Below are positions 8,877 through 16,110 of a stretch of 41,153 nt of DNA, one piece after another (position 1 is the stretch's first letter; each line of letters opens with the position of its first letter). The notes under the pieces were generated by a model that saw nothing but the letters and a program-made list of their open reading frames with translations, was not told the DNA's origin and ran no database searches. Source of the DNA: Methanoregula sp. (GTDB lineage: Archaea; Halobacteriota; Methanomicrobia; Methanomicrobiales; Methanospirillaceae); NCBI GenBank assembly GCA_039698055.1, contig JBDKTL010000029.1:1-41153 (forward strand), given 5' to 3'. A program made the position numbers and the translations under genes.

Positions 8877-9908
8877 TTACTCCTCTTCGAGCACAAGTGC
8901 CCAAATCCGTTTGAGGGGAAGCTCAGCTTGAATATCATCCGGAAGATCCTCGTAATGCGTCTGGATCATTCGGACAAGGTCTTCTGCATCCCAGAGTCGG
9001 ATTTCAAAGAAATGCCGTATCGATTCCTTTGCTACGGATGATTTATACCCGCCCCATGCAACAAGGAGTCCCTGGTCTGCACCAAAATTCTTGATGACTC
9101 CCTGTAATTCATGAAATATTTTAATGTCTATAGGTGCATCCTGTGACTTGACCTGAACTGCAATCCGGGGTGCATCAAATCCCAACGGCCCACGACCGGC
9201 GATAATATCGACACCCCCGTCCGGCCCTTCTGGAGAAACTTTTACCTGATATCCTTGGGCAACAAGAATCGCAGCAACGAGATTTTCCAGTTTATGCCCC
9301 TTGAATTTCTGACTGATGTATTCGCGTATTTGATCGCGGGTTAATTGTTCAACATCGGAATACGCAGTTTCTTCATTGCTAATTTCATCTTGTTTCAACT
9401 CAACAGCGATGGCATCTGAAACCTTTTTACCCGAAATAAGAGCTCTTACTCTTTCTTCCGCATGATTTCTTTGGATACGACACACAGTCATTGCTGCGCC
9501 GAGAGAGAGAAGGATGTCTTTATCAAACTGGGTTCTTGAGAATTCTCCTTTCCATTTTACCGGCCGGGTGTGCTTTGCGTCAGGAGGCAAATCGGGACGG
9601 TACTGGTAATCTCCCAACACTTCTCCGATCAGAATGACTGCCCGACTTTTAAAAGGCAGAGCGATCAAGTCGCCTTTCTTAATATCGTGAATAAACGGCC
9701 AAATCTGGGCTTCCCAAGCAATCAGGGTTTTTAGCTTTTCATTGGAGTCTATTTTTTTCAGGAGGGCTCCAAGCTGTTCCCGGGATTGAATCGGAGTGAG
9801 ATCAGGAAGCTCTTCCCACCCAATTACTGCAATATTTTCACTGAGTGCAAGCGATTCTCGCTCTCCATGTTTTCCTGCCCGAACCAGCCAGAGTGTCATG
9901 CTATACAA
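8877..9908 (-). CDS. mrr: Mrr-family (type IV) restriction endonuclease
   Basis: N-terminal WLVRAG...IGW domain; C-terminal GPDGGVDIIA...AVQVKS (D..QxK) Mrr_cat. Confidence 0.88.
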   Translation of the reverse strand: MYSMTLWLVRAGKHGERESLALSENIAVIGWEELPDLTPIQSREQLGALLKKIDSNEKLKTLIAWEAQIWPFIHDIKKGDLIALPFKSRAVILIGEVLGDYQYRPDLPPDAKHTRPVKWKGEFSRTQFDKDILLSLGAAMTVCRIQRNHAEERVRALISGKKVSDAIAVELKQDEISNEETAYSDVEQLTRDQIREYISQKFKGHKLENLVAAILVAQGYQVKVSPEGPDGGVDIIAGRGPLGFDAPRIAVQVKSQDAPIDIKIFHELQGVIKNFGADQGLLVAWGGYKSSVAKESIRHFFEIRLWDAEDLVRMIQTHYEDLPDDIQAELPLKRIWALVLEEE

Positions 9909-9972
9909 TCCATTGAATATTCCGGACTAAAACAGTTGCCGCTCCTTATTACTGTCTAGACGAGTTATTTCG

Positions 9973-10293
9973 TTAGATTTTCTCTAGTTTGAATCTATTT
10001 TCGGCAATTTTTGTCAGAATGAGTCTTGGAGGGAAATGCTTTGGCCAAGGGGCTAATTTATTTTCTATTAACCAGCTTCCAATTTTTTTATTAATCAATT
10101 CTCTACAGGTTTGTCCCCAAAAAGATTTCTTGTTAATATTTACTGTCACATGTGCAGCTTCTCTCGACAAATCTATGTCAATAAAATCTCAGGTCTTAGA
10201 AAAATAAACATCCCGATCTTCGACACTGATCTTAATGCCATAACCCGCACCTGAATCAAAATTTTTCCCATTGTTCCATGCTGTGACGATCAT
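9973..10293 (-). pseudogene. 106-codon hypothetical gene interrupted by an in-frame TGA at codon 35
   Basis: MIVTAWNNGKNFDSGAGYGIKISVEDRDVYFSKT*DFIDIDLSREAAHVTVNINKKSFWGQTCRELI...LAPWPKHFPP reads as one frame; TGA at 10191-10189; GGAG RBS before ATG 10293. Confidence 0.75.
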
Positions 10294-10331
10294 GTAGCTC
10301 CGCAATTCCGGATTTGTATTCTCAATAATTG

Positions 10332-10418
10332 TTAGAACGAGATCCCGCCCGTGTCCTCTTCGATATTGCCAATCGCCTCAAGGATATCGTCAAGAAGCTG
10401 GAGCGCGGTCCTATGCAT
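10332..10418 (-). pseudogene. Truncated HEPN/DUF86 (HepT-like) toxin remnant, 28 aa
   Basis: MHRTALQLLDDILEAIGNIEEDTGGISF* overlaps the MNT stop and resembles the DUF86 N-terminus (L.DILEAI..IE..T.G.SF); no RxxxxH motif remains. Confidence 0.75.
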
Positions 10419-10695
10419 AGACGACCTCGCCAAGGATGTAGGGCTTGAGCCGTTTCTTGATCGCGCCCTTCATGACGAGGTCGACGTTGCGCCCGAAGAG
10501 GTCTTCAAGGTAGAATTTGCAGCCCATGTAATTGTCGAACTTTTCCTCACCCTTTCGGAATGTGACGAGCACGTCAACGTCGCTGTTCGGGCGCTCCTCT
10601 CCGCGTACGAATGAACCGAAGATGCCGATCTTTGCAACACCAAACCGCTTTTTTATTTCCGGTTCGTGTTCACGGAGCAGGGCAAGCGCGTCCAT
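10411..10695 (-). CDS. Minimal nucleotidyltransferase (MNT/MntA-type antitoxin)
   Basis: 94 aa; IFGSFVRGE...SDVDVLV, LFGRNVDLV. Confidence 0.92.
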   Translation of the reverse strand: MDALALLREHEPEIKKRFGVAKIGIFGSFVRGEERPNSDVDVLVTFRKGEEKFDNYMGCKFYLEDLFGRNVDLVMKGAIKKRLKPYILGEVVYA

Positions 10696-10779
10696 CTTGT
10701 TTATTCCATTATATGAATGGTCTGACTTAAACGTGTGGGTGATCGCCGGGGATCAGATGCAGAAGACCAACCGTTCTCC

Positions 10780-12042
10780 TCAGGCAGTGCTGACCCGGAT
10801 CTTTGCGGTCATGAGATCGTGCAGGAGCGATGCGAACAGGGTGTCGAGCGCTTCTCTCCGGGATTGTTCGGCGACGAGTTTTTGATCGATGGAGGAGAGG
10901 ATGGTGGCAATTTGTTTTTGAATAGTGAGAGGAGGGATTGGTAAATGAATCATCCCAATTTGTTGACGATTAATTTTCGGAATTCCCGTTCTATCCTGGA
11001 AAGATATTGCAGAATTTGAGAATTGATCACTCAATAAATATTGGAATAGGAATTCTGAAAATAACCGAGCGTCTTGAGGTTTAAGTGGATACATATCTGC
11101 ACTGCAAGTTCCCTCAATTTTGGGAAATGCAACTTTTTTCAGATACGGACGAATTTTTGAATATATCACATGTTCCGATGTGAAATAAAATTGTCCACTG
11201 ATGAGATTAATTTCCTCAGCGGTCCTCATCCTTATTACTTGACCCGTTCCGGAGACGATATTTTCAGGTCCAATATGGAGGAGTTTGTTATATGGTTCAG
11301 TAGTCGGATCAATTTGTCCTTTAGCGATCTCAACAACATCAGAAAATTTCGCAACGTCCCACTCTTCCGGCACCGGTCCAATCTCCGTCTCCTTCAGCGC
11401 CACCCTCTCCGCATCTTCCGGCGGCACCGGGCCATACGTGAACAGGTGCTTCATCATCGCAGCCTTGAGCGCTTTTATCGCCGCAATCACGGCATCGGTC
11501 TTCTCCTTTGCCTCCTGCACGGTGCGGAGGGTGGTGGCGATGGCGTGTTGTTCGGGAAGCGGGGGGAGGGGGATTGGAAGATTGAGAAAAATATTTTTAT
11601 TCACATGCGGTATGGTTGAGCCGGTTGTCTGAGTGTTAAACGTTGGAAAATTCGTTTTTAGAACATAGTATATCCAATCATTAAGGACTATATTTTGATC
11701 TGCTCTGATCACAGTCATTGTCGATGCAAGTACACCATTTAATCCAAGAAACACATCACCAGCGTTTGATCCATCCCAAATAAAAACAACATCATCATTA
11801 GAAACTAAAATTGCAGAGGGATCTTTTGTGTGGTTTACATATTGCGAGGGTATTCCAGTGCGGAAATAATCTGCAGTTAAATATGGCACTGTATCATTGG
11901 CTGGAATTTCAGAGAGGTTGTTTGGCTTCCGTCCTTTGCGAAAGGAAATTATTTTGGATAATGGTTTGATGTCCCATCCTTCCGGCAACTCATCCAACTC
12001 TGTGGGTGTACATTCGTTCAGAATATCAGAGTTACTTGTCAC
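10780..12042 (-). CDS. hsdS: Type I R-M specificity subunit S
   Basis: LPEGW, IPLPPLPEQ..IA, EIGPVPEEW, LPIPPLTIQKQIA, LLHDLMT; two TRDs; start at GTG 12042 after GGGGT (ORF track 12060). Confidence 0.95.
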   Translation of the reverse strand: MTSNSDILNECTPTELDELPEGWDIKPLSKIISFRKGRKPNNLSEIPANDTVPYLTADYFRTGIPSQYVNHTKDPSAILVSNDDVVFIWDGSNAGDVFLGLNGVLASTMTVIRADQNIVLNDWIYYVLKTNFPTFNTQTTGSTIPHVNKNIFLNLPIPLPPLPEQHAIATTLRTVQEAKEKTDAVIAAIKALKAAMMKHLFTYGPVPPEDAERVALKETEIGPVPEEWDVAKFSDVVEIAKGQIDPTTEPYNKLLHIGPENIVSGTGQVIRMRTAEEINLISGQFYFTSEHVIYSKIRPYLKKVAFPKIEGTCSADMYPLKPQDARLFSEFLFQYLLSDQFSNSAISFQDRTGIPKINRQQIGMIHLPIPPLTIQKQIATILSSIDQKLVAEQSRREALDTLFASLLHDLMTAKIRVSTA

Positions 12043-12175
12043 AACTACCCCTGCTATCAAAAATAAAATTATTTTAATCGTTTAGCATGCGTACGTTTTC
12101 TGACGTAATACGTCTAACGTTTCGTATCCAAAAAAACTCCTTTTAAGCATAAACGTCGCGAGAACAGAATAAGTG

Positions 12176-12436
12176 AATGGGGGGAGGGACTTAAACCCTC
12201 ACAAGCTGTTAACGTGGATTCGAGTGTCCTGCATCATCCCAATTTCATTATCCCATCGAATGGGGCGTCACCAGCCCCCATGCTAACAGCCCACCCGATA
12301 TTCAAATGTAAGTCAACGGTCAGTGCAATTTTTGCGGTCAGAGCGATCAACCATCTTGTCATTGTCAGCATCACCTTTAATCCGATAAGCGATGCGATAA
12401 TGCCGGAGATGATGCAGGGTTCTACCCCCACCCATT
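12176..12436 (-). ncRNA. Candidate structured ncRNA with tRNA-like acceptor stem/T-arm, long helix and pseudoknot, downstream of the DUF3800-like gene
   Basis: Pairings read by eye: 12428-12436/12176-12183; T-arm GAGGG-UUUAAGU-CCCUC 12200-12184; 12406-12418/12228-12240; 12396-12402/12246-12252; 12390-12393/12255-12258; pseudoknot 12278-12290/12205-12217. G-U wobbles work only on the minus strand. Confidence 0.7.
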
Positions 12437-12468
12437 TTGATATGTTGAGAGAATGCTATCTTGATTGG

Positions 12469-12480
12469 GAAATATATTTC
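12469..12480 (-). promoter_or_regulatory. Putative BRE/TATA-like box (palindrome GAAATATATTTC) upstream of the candidate ncRNA
   Basis: CGAAA-TATATT on the minus strand ~35-40 nt before the predicted RNA 5' end; perfect 12-bp palindrome. Confidence 0.4.
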
Positions 12481-12517
12481 GATCTTTTGACCAACCTTTG
12501 GGGTTAAAAACTAAAAT

Positions 12518-13579
12518 TTACATCCATCTATCCCAACCAGTCTGTCCCGGGGCTTTCAGGAGAATGGGACGGTTCCAGTAAAAATTGTCCTGCCCAAATC
12601 CATAACCCGTCAACCTGCCGTTAAAATCAAGGTGCATGTCGCTACTGGCAAAATTTTGGGAATTGTTCGGGAAAAATGATACCTGATATCCCCGATGATA
12701 ATTACTCGGATAGTATCGGCCCCAAGGGATACCAGTGTCGGGATTTTTTACCCGATCGAGGAGTATTTCCAGTGTCGGCTTGAATGTATACCCGATCATC
12801 TGTTTTTGATATTTTTCAGAAGGATTATGTAAACCAACAAATGTTGCACCAAGAATGAGATCGATCAACTGGATAAAATGAGATTCTTTTTTTCCACTTC
12901 TCCGGTGATCAGAATCTAGGAAAACTATCGTGTCGTTGTTAACCGATATTTTGGTATTCTCCAGATTAATTTTGTAAATTGAGTGCCAAGGGAACAAAGC
13001 ATGATACTCCTGACTTCCCTTATCATGATAGATTGTGTCGATGGAAATTTTACGGAAATTTTTGAAAAAATAATTCAGTCCTCCGAAAAGTGCTGTTCGG
13101 TAAAAGCGATTATATAACGTCAAATCCCGGTCTGAATCATTCCCAAAAAGATCGAGATTCATTTTTGAAAGATTCAATCCAAGGATATTGATATATAATA
13201 ATTTGGAATGCCGCTGACATGCTTCATTGCTGACGAATTGAATCCAGTTTTGCGCTATCCGGTATCGTGCATCAAGCTTATGGACTTCTTTGTAATGAAT
13301 TTCCGTATCATTTTCGGCATGATGACCGCAGATATGAATGCAATCGTGAATAATTTCGGACCAGTTTTTATGCTTGACACATCGGTAATCATTCAGTTTT
13401 TTGAAACAATTGTTTTTGTTTTGGGTGGGGATGAATAAAGCCCCGATGTACATCCAGTTCGAATTATCCAAAGGATCTCTTACATTGAAAATTTCATCGG
13501 AAAAAATTTCTAATGATATCTCACTTTGTGAATTATCGCATAGTGGCTCAAAAAAATTAGACTCTGGTTGTTCCGTCAT
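12518..13579 (-). CDS. DUF3800-like protein (RNase H-fold, predicted nuclease)
   Basis: N-terminal IFSDE, EIHYKE, IYHD, FLDS and C-terminal FIQLIDLILGA (Q-L-x-D), the DUF3800 motif order; AT-rich. Confidence 0.75.
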   Translation of the reverse strand: MTEQPESNFFEPLCDNSQSEISLEIFSDEIFNVRDPLDNSNWMYIGALFIPTQNKNNCFKKLNDYRCVKHKNWSEIIHDCIHICGHHAENDTEIHYKEVHKLDARYRIAQNWIQFVSNEACQRHSKLLYINILGLNLSKMNLDLFGNDSDRDLTLYNRFYRTALFGGLNYFFKNFRKISIDTIYHDKGSQEYHALFPWHSIYKINLENTKISVNNDTIVFLDSDHRRSGKKESHFIQLIDLILGATFVGLHNPSEKYQKQMIGYTFKPTLEILLDRVKNPDTGIPWGRYYPSNYHRGYQVSFFPNNSQNFASSDMHLDFNGRLTGYGFGQDNFYWNRPILLKAPGQTGWDRWM

Positions 13580-13677
13580 GTGATTATGCAGATTTTAAAT
13601 TTTTATTTCATATATCCCGGTGGAAAGCAAAACGCCAGTCAATTCCGCACGCCCCCGGCTTTGCATTAAATTTCCTG

Positions 13678-14337
13678 TCATCGGGCCTGCTTCTTCAGGA
13701 GTGCCAGTCCTGTTGACGGTTTGATGAGTTCCATCTGGTAATCAGCCAGCAGTTGTTTCTTTGCGGCCTTGATCAGCGGCTCATCCTTAGTAACAAAATA
13801 ATCCGCACGGTTGATGATGGCCGTTGTCAGGAGCGTTGCGTCCTGTGTCTTGGCATCTTTCGTGAGGAAAAGAAGCGGGGCGTAGATCGACCAGTATTCC
13901 GGGTCACTCTCCGCAGATCCTTCCGGAAGATAATGGATCGATCCTTCTCCCAGAAGCGTATCGAACGAAGTGAGAGTCTGGTTATAGATCGCCTTGAAAC
14001 ATTTCTCCGGAATATCCGGGTTGGTCCGGGCATCCCGCCACCGGGAGATCGGCATTCCCTTGTTGAACAGGATGATACTCCGCAGTTCATCTTTTATGGC
14101 GTAAAAAAGTTCATTGATGGCGAGAGAAGAGACATAAAACTCGTGGTTTGCATGGGGAATTTCTTCCTTCACAATTGCATCGATAAAAGAGATGGATTCG
14201 GTATAATGGCTAGAATAAACATCACGGAATTCCGTAGTGAGATGATACCCATTACATAAAATATCGAGGACTCCACCGGATCCCAACACCCAGTGGGTTA
14301 AAACATTTGCATCAATAAACCAGACTTTACTGGATAT
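13678..14337 (-). CDS. PIN-domain protein (VapC-like nuclease), probable ATA start
   Basis: Frame extends upstream of the ORF-track GTG to include WFIDANVL (first PIN Asp); also SSLAINEL, TQDATLL, FVTKD. GAGGCGA RBS then ATA at 14337; in-frame TGA just upstream. Confidence 0.82.
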   Translation of the reverse strand: MSSKVWFIDANVLTHWVLGSGGVLDILCNGYHLTTEFRDVYSSHYTESISFIDAIVKEEIPHANHEFYVSSLAINELFYAIKDELRSIILFNKGMPISRWRDARTNPDIPEKCFKAIYNQTLTSFDTLLGEGSIHYLPEGSAESDPEYWSIYAPLLFLTKDAKTQDATLLTTAIINRADYFVTKDEPLIKAAKKQLLADYQMELIKPSTGLALLKKQAR

Positions 14338-14354
14338 GGTATCGCCTCAAAAAA

Positions 14355-14495
14355 TCAATTGCTTTTCTTCTTCTTTGAACTCCACAACCCTTTGATCTGA
14401 CCCGGCTCTCCATACTTGCTGGAGTTCTGGCGGATCTCGTAATATTTGTGGGTCACCGGGTTGTAGATCCTTTTCTTAGCGGTAGAAGGCGACAT
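14355..14495 (-). CDS. 46-aa basic small protein, candidate PIN partner/antitoxin
   Basis: MSPSTAKKRIYNPVTHKYYEIRQNSSKYGEPGQIKGLWSSKKKKSN*; GGAG RBS; fills the hsdM-PIN gap (below ORF-track cutoff). Confidence 0.65.
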   Translation of the reverse strand: MSPSTAKKRIYNPVTHKYYEIRQNSSKYGEPGQIKGLWSSKKKKSN

Positions 14496-14556
14496 GAGGT
14501 CATGCTCCTGTTATTCTTGTATTATTCGTGCTCTGGCTATATACCTGTTTATTGAA

Positions 14557-16110
14557 TTATACTTCCAGCCCCAGCCCCGCCAGCACCTTCTTCAGCCGCT
14601 CGTCCGCTTCCTGCCGCTCCTCTTCAGCTTCCCGCAGCAGCACAACCGCGTCCTCTAAGGGGAGCGTCTCATCCTTGCCGTTCTGCACAACGTACCGTGA
14701 CGGGCTCAGGTTGAAATCATTCTTCGCGATATCCGCAGCAGAGACAATCGTGCTGATCCCGTCCACCACCTTCCAGTCCCGGAAAATCCCGGCAACCTGC
14801 GCAATACACTCATCCGGTATGAAGTTCTTCGGTCGGCCCTTCTGGAACAGTTTCGCAGCATTGACCAGCAGGATCTCTCGCTTATGCTGCTTCTTCCGGT
14901 TCATAACGAGGATAATTCCCGGTGCAGTCGTGTTATAGAACAGGTTCTCCGGCAGGAGAATGACCGCTTCCACAAGGTCGTGCTCGGCAAAATATTTCCG
15001 GATATCCCGTTCCCGGTTCTTACCGGTATTCCCGCTGCCCCGCGAGACCGCACCGGTGTCCAGCACCACCGCCATCCGCCCATTCTTCTTCAGTGAAGCG
15101 AACATGTGCTGGATCCATCCCCAGTCAGCGCTGCTGGAGGGAGGATACCCGTACGCGAACCGGTTGAATGCATCGGTCTCGTAAATTTTCTGCTCGAAAT
15201 CCTGGTTCCACATCGGGTTCGCGGTCACGATATCGAATTGACGGAGCGCCCCTTCGGACTTTAAGAAAGCCGGATGCTCCATGGTGTTTCCAAGAGCGAT
15301 CTGCGCTTCCATGTCGTGGATGAACGTGTTCATCTTCGCCATGGCAAAGGTAGTGTGCTGGTTCTCCTGCCCGCAGAACTGGAGCGGGGCAACTTCGGGG
15401 TCATCGTGATACCGCTGCCGGAAGTTCATCGCACACTTAATCAAAAGACCTCCGGACCCGCAGCACGGATCATAAATTTCCTCGCCCGGCTTCGGGTTGA
15501 GGATCTGTGCCATGAGGATTGCAACCTCACGGGGAGTGTAAAATTCACCGGCACTCTGGCCCGAACCTTCTGCAAATTTCCGGAGCAGGTACTCGTAAGC
15601 GCGCCCGATAATATCCGGTTCAACATCTGCGAGTCCAAGCCGGTATTTTCCCATGACCCCGATGAGCGTTTTGAGCGAATCGTCAGCAATAATCCGCTGC
15701 CCTGCTGCCGTAGCGTTAAAATCCACAATGTCGATTGAGCCCTGGAGTTTGGGATTCTCTCTCGCGATGGATCGCATCGCATCTGTAATCAGTTCTCCAA
15801 GTCCTGTGCTCTTTTTGGCAATTGCATCCCACCGGGATTCGGGAGGAAGGTAAAACCGGACGAGCTGATGATCTTCGGCAAGGATTTTCTCCACGATCTC
15901 ACGGTTGCCGTACTTTCCTTCCAGTTTTTTTGCTTCATCATTGAAAACATCTGATAATCTTTTCAGGAAAATAAGCGGCAGGATATATTCTTTGTATTTC
16001 GGGGCTTCGATCTCCCCACGGATTTTACAGGCCGCTTCCCAAAGCCAGCCCTCAAGAGTGGTGATGTCGAGTTTCGTATTGTTTTGAGATTGGGCCTTTG
16101 GAATTCTCAT
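14557..16110 (-). CDS. hsdM: Type I R-M N6-adenine methyltransferase subunit M
   Basis: WLWEAACKIRG, LIFLKRLSD, AGEFYTPREV, YDPCCGSGG, TANPMW, LFYNT, FNLSPSRYV; start at ATG 16110. Confidence 0.96.
   Translation of the reverse strand: MRIPKAQSQNNTKLDITTLEGWLWEAACKIRGEIEAPKYKEYILPLIFLKRLSDVFNDEAKKLEGKYGNREIVEKILAEDHQLVRFYLPPESRWDAIAKKSTGLGELITDAMRSIARENPKLQGSIDIVDFNATAAGQRIIADDSLKTLIGVMGKYRLGLADVEPDIIGRAYEYLLRKFAEGSGQSAGEFYTPREVAILMAQILNPKPGEEIYDPCCGSGGLLIKCAMNFRQRYHDDPEVAPLQFCGQENQHTTFAMAKMNTFIHDMEAQIALGNTMEHPAFLKSEGALRQFDIVTANPMWNQDFEQKIYETDAFNRFAYGYPPSSSADWGWIQHMFASLKKNGRMAVVLDTGAVSRGSGNTGKNRERDIRKYFAEHDLVEAVILLPENLFYNTTAPGIILVMNRKKQHKREILLVNAAKLFQKGRPKNFIPDECIAQVAGIFRDWKVVDGISTIVSAADIAKNDFNLSPSRYVVQNGKDETLPLEDAVVLLREAEEERQEADERLKKVLAGLGLEV

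Noticed and set aside
10189-10191. Selenocysteine read-through of the in-frame TGA
   Set aside because: The context is not a redox motif, no SECIS-like element is seen, and this lineage is not known to use Sec; TGG-to-TGA is simpler.
12176-12436. Calling the structured element a true tRNA or tmRNA
   Set aside because: No anticodon arm or D-arm of normal size, the T-loop is UUUAAGU, there is no G3-U70 Ala determinant, ~27 nt separate the main helix from the T-arm, and archaea lack SmpB. Kept only as tRNA-like.
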